NCBI RefSeq assembly: GCF_001194135.2
Contig: NC_068983.1
Coordinates: 53,280,280-53,344,279 of the forward strand
DNA length: 64,000 nt
Origin: Octopus bimaculoides
Taxonomy: Eukaryota
Reading direction: 5' to 3'
The position numbers were made by a program, and so were the translations under genes. The notes below the pieces were generated by a model. The model did no database searches. It saw only the letters and a list, made by a program, of their open reading frames with translations, and was not told the origin of the DNA. Below are positions 1 through 13,469 of the stretch, piece after piece; within the stretch, counting starts at the first letter, position 1, and every line of letters begins with the position of its first letter.

Positions 1-250
1 TTAAAAAAACCATTATTAAATTATTTAAACCTCTAAATAGAACTCCCAGATAATTATAAAACTTGTTAATAGTTATAAATATTACATGCTTCAAGTGAAA
101 TGTTGCTGATATTTTCCACTTTTTAGAGCTCTGATTGCTCCACAACATAAGTAACAAAGTTCTAAACTATATGCTCTCGAATTTTTATATATATATACAT
201 ATATGTAAATAGAACATTTTAAGAGAATAAATTTCCTGATTTTTTTTCAG

Positions 251-268
251 TTCTAACCTGGAAGACAG
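251..268 (+). CDS. Candidate 18-nt microexon of an unidentified host gene
   Basis: tttttttcag|TTCTAACCTGGAAGACAG|gtaaat. Length 3n; open in phase 1 (xLTWKT) and phase 2 (SNLED). Splice signals only, no homology recognised. Confidence 0.35.
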
Positions 269-1254
269 GTAAATTATTTATTTTTCTTTATTTTTAATAT
301 ATTGGCTCATTTCAAATATTTTTGCTGTTATGTATACTTGCCTTTAGAATTAAAATTTTTTATCGCTCAGTAAAATCTATGAATGTTTTTAAATGTTATC
401 AGTATATAAAATTAAGTTATAAGTATATCTCTCTAGTATCCATTACTGAAGCTAGGACTCATTAAAAATACGTTAATTTGGGAGACATGCCAGTTGAAGA
501 GAACAATAATGAATATATATTATAAGTTAATTAAAACCCATTTTTGATAAAGTATTTCCTATTTTAAAGATAATAATAGTTATAACATTCATAGCAATAA
601 ATTAGTATATCTAAAATTTGTTCATATTAATCTTTTGTTGGTCTTAATATAAGCTCAGTATACTTTTGGAGACTCTGTTATCAGATATGAATTTTGTAAT
701 CATTTGTTAGTGAGAAAAAACATACAATGGTTTTAGATTATAATTCTGAGCAGATATACTTTTTTATAAGCAGAATGTATTATTTGATTCTCTAGTTAAC
801 AGCATTTTTTTCTATTTGGTACAAGTAAATTTAATTTCATTCATGAAAAATGACTGGTCACACTCATTAGTAAATATTAAATTTTTAGTCATTTACCATT
901 AGTTAGTGTGAAATATACATTGTAAATTATTTTTAAAATTCTATCTAAGTCCAGTGATCATATATCTTTTTTGGTAAGTAATGTATGAAAGAGCTTAACA
1001 TAATTTTTAGAATGTGTATTACACTGTTCAGTAATATTAGCATGAGACATGAATTTGTAAGTTCTACATGGATAGTATATCAGGTTAATACATCCAACAT
1101 TACTATTCTTAAGTGGATTGAACCTTGCTGATATGAGGATGATAATTGGGAGGAGGTGGAGCAGATAAAGTTGTTTTTTGTTTCTAAAACACCTCATAAA
1201 GAAAATCAGATTTACTTGAATAGGGTTCATGTTGGACCCTATTCGATTAATGTT

Positions 1255-1290
<36 letters not shown>

Positions 1291-2573
1291 TTGTTACTTT
1301 GAAGTTTGGAAATATAGTTAATCAATTTAGCGAATTTCTTAGTTAACCTTAAACTGGAAGGTCTGGTTTTCCAATAAATTTAAAATGAAATTTGGGCAGT
1401 GACTAATTTTTAGACTAAAAAATGAGTATTTTCCAAACATTAAAATTACTTGAGTCAATTTCATTGTCCTTTTAAAGGTATATGGTCTTGAAATAAATAA
1501 CTACTTTGATTCAGCTGATGTGTATACTAATTACTCAAAGCAAGGAAGGAATCATTTCATTTTACAATACTGTTAAAAAAATAAAGGCCTTGTTAAATTA
1601 TTTACTTTATATAAATGACCAGCTTATAAATGAAGACAATAGCTTCTTTGCAATATAAGTGCTTGCATATGATTTTGCATATAACTTTTAATTCCATAAC
1701 AACAAAAATTATTTCTTATATGACTAGGGAATAAGAAAAGCCGTTTTGGTAGAAAGATGTATATTTTTTATACAAGAAAAACCGCTGCTTTTTTTATGCA
1801 TAATATAACTGTTTTCATATTGAAGTGAAGAAAAAACATTCGGTATTGATTAATAGAAAAAAGCAATTATGAAAAAGTATTTTTGCATCCTTGTTGACTT
1901 TGCATAAAAAAAAATTATAGAAATCACAAAATTTTACTTAATGCTGCTTTGTAGAAGTTAGCTTCAATTGATTAGTCTGCTTTGAGGGGAAAAAAAACAA
2001 TATTTTGATTCTTCAGAATAAAGTGCTGCATTGTCATGTAAAATAAAACAATAATTTAAGGTTTTATTGTGATCAGAATAAATATTGGTAGTTTATAGAA
2101 CAAGTAGTATTACATTTTAAAAATTGATCTTCTATACAATCATTCAATACAGTCGGCAGTTTTCCACACTTTTTATGTTTTGCAATAAATTGTTAAAAAA
2201 ATATTCTATTGAAAATGCTAAGACTCTCAAAGACACTACATCGTAGAAGCAATATTTCAGATAGCTGGTTCCCATTCAAATCCTCTAGTGTTGTTGCTAA
2301 GTTTCTTTAAAAATTTACAATTATTTTTCTGTAAATCTGATTAACATCGAAACTCCATAAATTTTCAAAATTTAATGAACATCTTTGGTCATCTCAAACT
2401 ATTTTAATCATATTTAATTACTAAATTTATGTCTAGAAACTTCTATTAAAATTCTTTGATGTTCTTCACAAAACTTAACCTAGTTTCACTTTAAGTTTCT
2501 TAGTATTTGTTATGATGCAATTGTACACCATTGGAATATTATACTTTCTATGATATTAATATTTATTCTTTAT

Positions 2574-2790
2574 AAGGCAGTGAGCTGACAGAATTGTTAG
2601 CACATTAGGAAAATGCTTGCTGACATTTCATCTCTCTTTACATTCTGAGTTCAAATTTTGCCAAGGCTGACATTGCCTTTCATCTTTTCAGGGTTGATAA
2701 AATAAGTCACCAGTTGAGCATTTGGGTCAATGTAGGCTTACCCTCTACCTGAACTTGCTGGTCTTGTGCTAAAATTTGAAACTGTTATTT
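2574..2790 (+). mobile_element. tRNA-derived SINE, family A (decayed)
   Basis: Head aggcagtgagctgacagaa, B-box-like ctgagttcaaatt, 3' end aaatttgaaac; same as copies at 21957, 30261, 35632, 36521. Confidence 0.85.
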
Positions 2791-2962
2791 ATTCTTTATC
2801 AGTGCAGTGAGAAGGGATAGCATTCAGTCATTTTAAGCACACTTAGTCTAATCACAGAACGTAATTTTTGTTGAATAGTTTTGCAGTTTTGTTGAAGATT
2901 CGTAGCTATGATTGGAGCTTCATCTAGTTGTAATTCTAGGGTGTACAAAATGTTTTATGTTT

Positions 2963-3305
2963 AATGCTTTACATGTTTCAGCCATTTGACTGTGGCCTTG
3001 CTGGGGCACCTCCTTGAAGGGTTTAGTTGGACATATCTACTCTAGTACTTATTCTTTTCTTTATAAGACTGATATTTATTCTATTAATTGCTTTTGCCAA
3101 ACCACTAAGTTATAGGGTCATAATCAAACCAACTCTAGTTGGTAAATAGTGATGAGAAACAAACACAACACACACACACATACACAAAGAGCTTCCTTCA
3201 CTTTCCATCTATCAAAATCACTTGCAAGGCTTTGGTCAATCTAGGGCTATAGTAAAAGACACTTGCCCGCAGTGCTATGCAGTGAGACTAAACCTAAAAT
3301 CACCC
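2963..3305 (-). mobile_element. tRNA-derived SINE, family B (CORE-like segment, internal CA microsatellite)
   Basis: Reverse complement of the element at 6168-6535 (gtttcagccatttgactgtggcc...gacacttgccc). Confidence 0.85.
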
Positions 3306-3715
3306 AAGAGTGTTGGAAATAAAAGGCCCAAAACACCATGCAGTCTGAAATTGAGACAATATGCACTGAGAAAAGCAAAATCATGTCAAATGGATTTGAA
3401 ATGGTGTAAAGCTAGCAAGTTCAAAACAAAGATCATATGATCTTATGAAAAATCAAAGCACAATAGAAAGGACAATGTCTAACTGGTAAGCAAGTACTTC
3501 TGAAACAATCATTAATAAAAGCAGACAACTGTTTTTTGCAGATGAAGTTTAGAACATAAGTTTGTATGTGTTCACATTAAATTGATTATTTGTTGAATTA
3601 TTTCAAAGTAATTCTAAATATTTTCATACAGAAATAAAAGCTTATGAATATAATCTACTTTACAGAGAGTCCCTTAAACATAAAAGCAACATTTCTCTTT
3701 TTCCTTTTGCCACAG

Positions 3716-3734
3716 CTTTTAAGAATTACTTATG
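3716..3734 (+). CDS. Candidate 19-nt microexon
   Basis: atttctctttttccttttgccacag|CTTTTAAGAATTACTTATG|gtatgc. Joined to 251-268 in phase 1 it reads LTWKTAFKNYL without a stop. Confidence 0.35.
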
Positions 3735-4559
3735 GTATGCCTTTCAGATGTCATATTGAAAATAGTGTTTAAATTTTACAAAATAATATCAAATTTCAAA
3801 TGAAATTGATGTTGCAGTGTGTTCAGGCATCTTCTAAAGTTATTTAGTGTCAAAAATAAAACATTAATTGAAATACCTTAATTAAAAGCAACTGTTTTAA
3901 AATGTTGATGTGATCAAATAACATTTATGTTAATGTAGACCTCAGGTTAATTAATACTTGTAATAATGTTTGAAGTTACATGAATCTATGAATTATGTAA
4001 AAATCTTAGAAAGTGATATCTGTTTTTAAGAACTTATCATTAGTTTTATCTTCAGATTTTAAAATTCCTCTCTAGTTTTAAAAATAGTAGTATCATTTTA
4101 CAGAAAACATTTTGAAATTAAATCCATGTATAAAATATTTGTATTTTTTTTTCTGGCATCAAATATTTGTACTGCTCGCTTTTAACCCTTTTAACTATTA
4201 TTACACAAAAATTTTAGTTATATTTTGAATAAAAAGACTTTGAATAAAAGTCAAAGGGAAGCAAGAATGATACATACTCATTTCTTGTTTTGCATTGATA
4301 ACTCAGTATACATATATTCTATAATGTTTCAATATATGATTTAGAGCAATAACAAATGAGAATTTAGATGTTGTCTTACTTTACATATGTATACCTTGCC
4401 TTATGTCTTTCATGAGCCCTTTTCTGTAGTCTCACCGGCAAAGATTAGACGTCATTCCATTTCAAAATAATTGTAAAACCTTTTTGCTTTTAATTCCAAA
4501 AGTTCCTCAGCTCTTATTCCTTTTTTTATAAATAAAATAAAAAACTAAATTCAGTAAAT

Positions 4560-5030
4560 CATCATTGTCATCATCATTGTCGTTTAACGTCCGCTTTCCA
4601 TGCTGGTATGGGTTGGACAGTTTAACTGAGGGCTGGCAAGCCAGAAGGCTGCACCAGGCTCCAATCTGATCTGGCAAGGTTTCTACAGCTGGATACCCTT
4701 CCTAATGCCAACCACTTCAAGAGTGAAGTGGATGCTTTTTACATGTGACTAACATGGGACCAGTCAGGTGGTACTGGCATCAGCCACTCTTGAATGGTGC
4801 TTTTTACGTGCCACCAGCACGGGAGCCAGTCAGGCAGCACTGGTAACGATCACACTAGAATGGTGCTTTTTTACATGCCACTAGCATGGGACCAGTCAGG
4901 CAGCACTGGCATTGACCATACTCAAATGGTGCTTTTTACGTGTCACCGGCATGGGTGCCAATCAAGTGGTACTGTCATCAGCCATGACAATAACTTGACT
5001 TGCCTCAACAGGTCTTCGCAAGTGCAGTTT
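4560..5030 (-). mobile_element. RTE-clade LINE 3' end with about 4 tandem ~65-nt 3'UTR units
   Basis: Reverse complement of 38873-39304 ((cat)n gtttaacgtccgctttccatgct...ggatacccttcctaatgccaaccac). The far end matches the ORF2 stop region seen at 62150-62180. Confidence 0.85.
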
Positions 5031-5611
5031 ATAGCCCAATGATTGAAGAGTACTCTTAAATGTGCTAAAATAAGAGTTAATATTTAGTGAAATAATTGAG
5101 TAAAATGCTATGTATTTTGTATGTATAAATCATGTGTTTTATATGGAAATAGAAAATGAAGAATTTAGAATAATAAATATAACATAGACAAGTATGAATA
5201 TAAAATCTTTGATAGTTACATCTAAATTTTCTTTTTTAAATTGCTGGCTCTTTCATATGAATTTACTGCGAGCAATTCACATATATTTTCTTTTTTATTG
5301 AACCATTGACTAGTTCAATAAAAAAATTGTCAAAGAGTCAAATACTATTTCATATATAGCGGTTGAAAGTAAGAAATGCAGAAAATAGCACTTAAATTAA
5401 ATAAGAAAATAATTAATTGATTTCCTCTGAAATTAATTTTGCACTTTGCGAACTTTAATAAAATCTAATTACAGCTTTGCAAAGTTAAATACTTAACCAA
5501 TATTAGAAGACAGTATTTCTTCATGACCTCTTACTCATGGGAGAATTCCAAATGATTCTAAGATACTTCTTTTAAGAGATGCTTCTTTCTTATCAATTTA
5601 TGCTAAAAATT

Positions 5612-5968
5612 GTATTTATGTGGTTGCTTCCCAACCACATGGTTTTGGGTTCAGCAAGTGTCTTCTACTATAACCTCAGCCTTGTGAGTAGATCTGGTAA
5701 ACAGAAACTGAAAGAAGCCTCTGTGTATGTGTGTGTGTGTGTGCATGCAAGCATGTTTGTGTTTGTTCCCCACTACCACTTGTCAACCGGTGTTAGTGAG
5801 TTTACATTTCCATAACTTGGCAGTTTGGCAAAAGAGACTGCTAGAATAAGTACCAGGCTTTAAAAAAAAAAAGAGTACCAAGTTTGATTCATTCAACTAA
5901 AACCTCTTCAAGGCAGTGCCCCAGCATGGCCACAGCCTGATGGCTGAAACAAGTAAAAGATAAAAGGT
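5612..5968 (+). mobile_element. SINE family B (internally deleted head)
   Basis: cccaaccacatggttttgggttcag...agtgtcttctactata...(tg)n...cccagcatggccacagcc...gctgaaacaagtaaaag. Confidence 0.85.
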
Positions 5969-6167
5969 GAAATATATAATTTTGATAAATATTCAATATT
6001 TCTCTAGAGGTATATCCAAAAAGGAATTGCTATAGGATTCGAAATAATCATTTATTACTAGCTTAATTTTTAAATATTTGGAAATTTATCTAAGATTTGT
6101 GAAATGAAAAAATTCAATTCTAGTTTGTATAATTTTTTAAAGAAATAAGGAGATTTTTTAATTTTTT

Positions 6168-6535
6168 GGAGTAGCTGTGTGATAAGTAGCTTGCTTACCA
6201 ACCACATGGTTCCGGGTTCAGACCCACTGTGTGGCACCTTGGGAAAGTGTCTTCTACTATAGCCTTGTGAGTGGATTTGGTAGACGGAAACTGAAAGAAG
6301 CCCATCGTATATATGTATATATATATATGTTTGTGTGTCTGTGTTTGTCCCCCAACATCGCTAACAACTGATGGTGGTGTGTTTACGTCCCCGTAACCTA
6401 GCAGTTTGGCAAAAGAGACCAATAGAATAAGTTCTGGGCTTCCAAAGAATAAGTCCTGGGGTCGATTTGCTCGACTAAAGGCGGTGCTCCAGCATGGCCA
6501 CAGTCAAATGACTGAAACAAGTAAATGAGTAAAAG
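6168..6535 (+). mobile_element. SINE family B, nearly complete young copy
   Basis: tRNA-like head (gctgtgtgataagtagc...ggttccgggttcag), accttgggaaagtg CORE-like motif, internal (TA)n/(TG)n, tail ggcggtgctccagcatggccacagtcaaatgactgaaacaag. Confidence 0.9.
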
Positions 6536-7134
6536 ATGTGCTTGATGTTGAAGTAGTAGGTATCTCAGTCTTTAGTATGTTTAGTTATTGATGTATCATT
6601 TGTAAGTGAAGCTTTATGCTTATGGGTGGAATTAAGCTTAGCAAAATACTTCATCAATTGTAGTGTACAGATTGTTTACATCCAAGTAAATTGCTGGTGA
6701 TAGAATAAGATCAAATGATTTTTTACCTGGTAGGCTGGCACTTTATAGGTGGGAAATATATGACTAATGAGTTCAGATTTCCTGTAGATATTTCGTTTCA
6801 GGAAAAGTGGCTTTGCTTTCAAATGACATATGCAATCAACATCCTTGTCTCCTCCTTTTCACACTGATGCGTCTTTCCATGTCCTCTGCAGTTTTCCTTT
6901 GCCATATTTTCTGACACATTTGCATCAACGAGTTATCACTTATTTAGTATTGTCTTTATCAACAAATCTATTTCTTCTGCCTACATTAGCTGATGTCTTT
7001 AATGGCAAGCTGCTCTTCAAGCTCTCTTGTGCTGCCTTTCATACCTGTTAGTATTACATAATAAATGGGTAATATTTTAAAATCTCTCACAAGTTATAGC
7101 CTCACTCAATCTGTGCTTTACAGAGATGAAACCC

Positions 7135-7290
7135 TTGTTGTTGTTATTCTGATCTAGGTCACCCCTAAATTTAGCATGCCTATGATTACAGCCATTCCAG
7201 TTGTGACCATTCCAACTTCCCTCTTTCTGTAGATCTAGAACTACAGAGTCCAGTGTGTACTCGAATTTTTTAAAGATAGAGTGTGAGAAT
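7135..7290 (-). repeat. Decayed dispersed repeat, family E (probably a SINE)
   Basis: gttgttgttatt...ctatgattacagccattccagttgtgaccat...atctagaactac recurs in diverged form at ~25740-25870, ~26450-26600 and ~56590-56650; opposite-strand head at ~45985-46040. Confidence 0.45.
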
Positions 7291-9069
7291 TAACCTTTTC
7301 TTATGAGCCACCCAACCACATTGAAGCTCACTCTGTGACTTCCAAACTTCTACATCTTTTTACCTTTAACTATTATGTTCTTACTACAACTATTTGCAGC
7401 ACTACTTAATTGCATTAGTTGCAGAAGCTACTAAGTAAATCATATGAGCTATTTGAACTGTTCATGGACCTATTCATAGTTATTGCTGCTGCTAATTATT
7501 TCTATACACATAGTACATCAGAAGTTTTGTTTCCCTTTCAATCTGCTTACTGTCTCGCTGTATATTTGATATACCCTTGAGTATTGTATCCTAATTTACT
7601 CTCTTCTCACTTCTCAAAAGGAAGGTCACTTTCGGATTACATTAGGACTTTGTGTTCATTATGACCAACTAGTACTTTGGTTCTTGCCATGTTGATCATT
7701 AATCATAGGGACTGTATGTCAGTCTCCCGGGTTTGAAAGTTTCTTCAGTGAGAGCCAGTTCATCAGTATACAGGTTCATGAGAATAGCAAGTTATGAATA
7801 TAGATATAACAATTTTTGACTCAAGTAAAAATACATAAAGTTGTATCAAGCAAAGAAAGACTAATGGTCAGTCTTGAAAAAGTATTATTGTTTTGTGGCT
7901 TGACCTGAGAAGAAAAATCAATGCCTATAAATATTTTCATGGTCTCCAAGGTTAATGAGAGAAAGTTATTCTCAGATTAGAGATCTGACTTGAGTGCCAA
8001 CAACAGAGTTGACTCTGCTAAGGCACCCAAGTGTCAGGTGGTGGTGTTAAACCAAGCAACAGATTAAGTCTACCCCTAAAAGTTTACAATTATTATTCCT
8101 TCTCTGTAAAGTATAAGTATATCCTTCTATTGCTTTCTGTTACTGGTGAAAATCACTGAACAGCATGGAATACTGTTGTAAACTTCCAAGAGAGATATTT
8201 TAGGAAACTACTACTAATGATGTTATATATAACTATGAATATAATATATAAAGGTATTTGTAATGAAGAACCTACAGATGTTAAATACTTAAGTGAGGTC
8301 TGATGAGCAATAAACAAATTTTCCTGATTGCTGTCCATATACAAACTTTACATAGAGCAAATTCTGTATTAAACTTTCCTTTGATGTAATAAGTTTTATT
8401 CAAGAAACCTTTAGTTGGATGTTGGCTTTCATCTGTGGTAAAATGTTAGAGAAACCCATACATCAAAACAGTGATACTTTAAATGAGCACTTACCTAAAA
8501 ATTCATTTAAATATGAATTCTGTTTCCTCTCTTTTGTTTCTGCATAACAATTATTTCAACCTTTTCAATGTTGTATAGTGGACATCCTGTGCTAGGGAGC
8601 AGAACAGCTTTACTTTATAATCAGTGGTGGCTGATGGCATCTTGATAATATAAACAAGAGAGTCTCTACATGGTCACTTGACTTCTTATAAATGGCAATC
8701 ACTGTCTCGCAAATTACCCAGTATCATCTTTAAAAACAAAAATGAAATAAAATAAAAAAAAAGGAGAGAGATACTGAGCAAGTAAAAGGATAGAATAATC
8801 ATCTCTAGAAAGCCTGTGATCATGGGTCTGTTCAATCGAGGCTGCCTGAGGTTAAACCACAGCAATAAAAACAAATAAAGATATCTTTGCTTATCTACTA
8901 AAAAATTGACAAAAGTCACCTTTGGCAGTTTGTTACAAAATTTGGCTCAAGTCCAAAATTTAAGACATAATGATCTTATATGTATGAATGAGGAAATGGG
9001 TGAAAGGAAAATATACTAGTCTAAATGTCTTGCAACACTTCTTTTCATCCTCTTATGGTGTATACACCA

Positions 9070-9190
9070 ATACTTCTGGGGCTAACTTTACTTTATTCTT
9101 CCGCCGAGTCAATAAAGTAAGTCCCTGGCACATGGGTTTGATTAACTCTTCTTTTTTTTCTGCTAACTGCTGGCCTTGCATGAATGCCAG
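9070..9190 (-). mobile_element. SINE family A 3' fragment (decayed)
   Basis: Minus strand reads gcaaggccagcagtt...acttactttattgactcggcggaagaataaagtaaagttagcc, resembling family A sequence. Confidence 0.5.
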
Positions 9191-12089
9191 AAATCGATGT
9201 ATAATTATATCCTATTCCTGTTGCTAAAATATTTGAGATTCTCCAAAACATACCATGTAATATGAAGATTATAATTTTAGATTTCTTTTAACGCCAGCAA
9301 CTGGTTCAACAATTTCAGAGTTGAAATTTATGACACATATGTTTTGAATGCTAAGCAAGAAGTGCATGAAACCAATTGCTTTGTTATTTACAGTTCAATA
9401 TAGTTAAGTTATGTGCTGAGCTGAGGAACAAACAAAAACCTACAATTGAAAATAAATAAAGTTTGAGCAAGATAGTTTGATTTGAAATCTATAGATCTTC
9501 ATTTTAGATGTATTTTTAATTCATTTTATTTCAAATGTATTTCAAAATTTTAAGAATTCATCTGTTATTTGGTTATAGTTCTGAAGTTCAATTACTGTTC
9601 TCTATAAGTGCACAAATAATTTACTAAATAGTACCAAATATTAAAGTGGTCATACTAAAGTTAATATAACATTTTCATAACTAAACAAGTCTTTCTTTTC
9701 AACCTGTGAAATTCAGTCAATTTAAGTAACAAAAATCAATTCATTTCAAAACTGCTATTAGCTATTATCTTATCATATCTTAGTAACTTCATTACTTTTA
9801 TCAGTTTTAGAATTGTAGCTTGAAAGAAAACTCGTTTGAATACATTAAAATTTACTCTTTTCTATATGTGTTTCTGCCAGTTTCCATTTTGTTGGAGATA
9901 CCTCTAAGAAGAGGAAACTTTCTAATGAATGATCAAATATATGCTTTATTTATAAGCAAGATCATTAGATGAAGTACATTTTGCCTCAAAAATTTATTTT
10001 CAATTTCACTTGAAATTTCTATTTAGTTAAACTCACATATTTGATACTTTTGTCTGGCTTTATTTTCTCTTTGGCTTATATTTGCTTGTCTTCTTTTTTC
10101 CTTTTTGCTTATTTATTAATCAATGAATTTATTTGGTTGTTGACTCAGCATTTTCTTACATGCAGAATTATTTATTTATTATATTTTTATCGCTAATTAG
10201 TGTTTGCTATTCTTATTAGAGACACTTGCAAATATGAATAAAAGATTCTGCAAGTAGGACGGGACACACACACACACTTTATTTTGCTAGCTGTTGAATT
10301 TCAGTGTTCTATTATATAAAGCCTCCAGATTCTTGAGGTTATTTTCCACCATAACCATTAAATCATACTGCAGCAACTTAGTTTCCCGGCATTAATATTT
10401 ATAATATATAATATTTATATATGGAGTGTAACCTGTTCTAATATGCTAAGTAACTATATAATTGTCTTGTAGAGATAAAACATAGCTCAGTTAAACAAAA
10501 CAAAAAAACAAGAAGTAATAAACAAAATAGCAGAAAAATAAATTCAAGTTTGTTATTTGAGATGAAGAGACTTGGGTGCAAATGGTTACTTAGTCTTCTG
10601 GTTTGAGATAGATATGCTGTTTGAATCCTTTCAGCAGGAGTATTTTTCACTTTTTTCTCTCAAAAGGTTTTTATTGTGTCTAATAATAGTAGTTGTTGCA
10701 GTATGGCTGAATAGTTAAGACATTTACTTTACTATCATGAGGTTACAGTTTCGATTCTGTTGTGTGCTGTCTTAGACAAATGTCATTCTATCCAAGAATT
10801 ACATCAAGTGTACACCTGTCTGAGGAATACTTAGCTGTATACATTGTTAATTCAGTGAGCCTGGTGGTCCATTTGACTGAACAACTGAATATTGGTTGAT
10901 GGAGATTCTCATCAAGATCCATTTATTATCTCTCTAAGTGTCTCATATGATTTTTCTTTGAAAATTGTAACTGTCATTCATATCTTTTACTTGATTTGAA
11001 CCCCAAAACATTGACACTGAGGTCGTTACTTGTAACTCTGTTGCTCTAATTACTGTCTTAAAATGATCACTTGTTAAGCTAATGTAAGATGATTTGAATT
11101 TATTTCTGAATCAGTATTAATTTCCTCACACTTATTCATTATACTAGATTAAATATATTCTTATTGATTACGACAAGTCTAACTGTATAATTAATATGTT
11201 ACTTTAGACTAATTTAGATTTTGTTTTCACATACATATCATCTGAACTGAACCTTGTCTGTCTGATAATTTCAATACTGATATTTTATATATAAACACAC
11301 ACACACACACACATGTAAAATTGGCCTGTTTTCTTTTATCTCTCTTTGATTTTGTACAGAAATGTTTAACTTTCATGTTTTTTCTACTAAGTAGACATTA
11401 TATTATTTCTCATGAGGCAATGTGATCAAAATACCAGACTTGTTTACTCTCAAAATAAACAAAAGCAACAAATGATGGACTTTTTTCTCCACCATTTACT
11501 TAGAATTGAATGACCCATATGTATTCACAATTGAATCTATGGAAATACTTTACTTATCTCATTAAAATGTGACAATTAGTCAGTTAATTTATGTTTGTTA
11601 TTCAGGTATGTTTATCAATGGGAGATTTGTACTAGTGATTACCATCTTTGGAATTTCAGAAGGGTACAGATTTGGAAAGAAAATTATTTGTAAAAGTGTT
11701 ATGTGTGTTATTTGGGAATGGTAAAAGACACAGTTGAGTGATTAAAGGAGAGACTGTGAGGACTAGTGTTATTTAGAAAATGTGGGAATTTCAGTATCCA
11801 ACCTGACTGATAGTCCTTCCTTAGGGTCAAAATGACAAGAGGGAAAAAAGAACAGACAGCAGAGAGGTTTACATCCTCTATGTTTGAGCAACTGGCTGTG
11901 ATAAGTGAGCTTTTTGTAGGCTTGAGTGGAGCACTGTGCAAGGTACTTGGCATGCAGGTACCTATTTCAGAGGTACAGAGGCAGATGTAAATTAGTAGAA
12001 CAGGCAGATGGCATAAGCAGTGTGTCTGTAAGCTTGTGATTGTGACATATTTGTGTGTATATCATTGGCAACCAGCTTTTTTTTTTCAG

Positions 12090-12137
12090 AATTGATCTGG
12101 GAGGATTTGTTTAAATCAGCAATTCCATCTTATATAT
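12090..12137 (+). CDS. Candidate 48-nt coding exon (xLIWEDLFKSAIPSYI)
   Basis: cttttttttttcag|AATTG...TATAT|gtgagc. Length 3n; only the phase-1 frame is open; peptide looks protein-like. Confidence 0.45.
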
Positions 12138-13469
12138 GTGAGCACTAATCTAGTTTGTATCATATTTGAAATTTATAAGGGTCAGCAGTTGTAATTACTT
12201 CTGGTCCAGAAATCTAATTCGAGAATGCAGTTTTGATAATGTTATATATGTGAGGTCAGCAAATGACATCATCCAGGATTATGGGGTAGGGTGGGATTCT
12301 AGTATTTCAAGAACCATCATTGTATGTACTTTTGTGTGGAGAAAACTTAGTACTTATTATATTGTGATTGTATTTTGTTGCAGTTGAAGGATACCAAAGT
12401 ATCATATCCTTATTGAGGGCAGTTTACAATATGCATTCATAGAAGCAGGGCAGATTTAACATATCTTAGTTCTAGATGTTGAAAGTTAAGAAAGAGTGAA
12501 GGATGTTTTCATCTAAAGTAAGGTGTTAAATTTGTTTACAAGAAGGTCCTTACTATATATATGGAAAAGATTGTAGAAAACTGAAGTGAATCTTGATGCA
12601 TGCTAGAGTTGATGATGTGCATCAAAGAAAACATTGCCAATGTATGTGGCAATGGAAAAGTCTTTCAGGAATCTTTTGTTTCAAGTGATGGTATATAATT
12701 AAGTAGGCAACAGTTTGGTGAACTGAAACAAAAAAAACTTAATTTCCCAACTTAAGTGATGCAATAAAACTGCAGCTGGAAATTTGAGCTCAAAACTCGG
12801 TTTGTTAATCCATTACCTTATCCAACTGTTATTTCATCTCTACCAACACATGTATGTGAGAGACTGGTTATTGAGCACTGGATTGTGCAATCATTTATAA
12901 TGCAGCCTGTTTACTATAGATCCTGGGGTGATTTTTGGTGACACATCTTAAGGGAAGAAGTGTGTTATATGCCATCAAATGCAGTATTTACTACTGTTAT
13001 TTGTCATGTTAAATTCTCACACCACAGCTTGTATTCTGAATATTTCTAAAAATTAAGCAGATTCAACTTTTAGATTAAAAAAGTTAAGGCAACATCAAGA
13101 AGTTAATGTTGATGAGGAAATAGCTTTATTTTCAATAGATTAAATTCTTCCATCAATCTTTTATTTTATTGAAACTGATTTTCCCTTATATGAGTGAAAT
13201 TACAGCTATTGAGGTATTTCAAATGATTTGTTAATAGTGGTGAAATCTATATTTCTAACTCTTTTTAATATAATTATCACAACATTGTTAGAAGTTATAT
13301 CATCTGTAAACATTTGTATAGAATGTCTTGTGATTATGCCAAATTTTGTGTGTGACTTGTGTATTAAAGTATTTAGTCTATTATTGTTACGATACTAAAG
13401 AATTTATAACTTTTTACATAATTGATTTCCTTTGGTTTTGTTTCTCTTTTAATTCTTTTGGTCTAAAGA

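Noticed and set aside
8495-8728. Minus-strand exon-like segment with a long pyrimidine tract and AG|GTAAGT donor
   Set aside because: All three frames are closed, and no consistent minus-strand exon chain was found; at most a non-coding exon.
9881-9990. Possible terminal exon (FHFVGDTSKKRKLSNE*)
   Set aside because: Good acceptor, but two competing short frames and no independent support.
11700-11960. Possible second CR1 endonuclease fragment (VNLSAVCSFF...)
   Set aside because: Similarity is too vague to support without a profile search.
12588-12655. Two adjacent short hairpins (tcttgatgca/tgcatcaaaga; cattgcca/tggcaatg)
   Set aside because: Stems of 8-10 bp are expected occasionally by chance, and there is no supporting motif.
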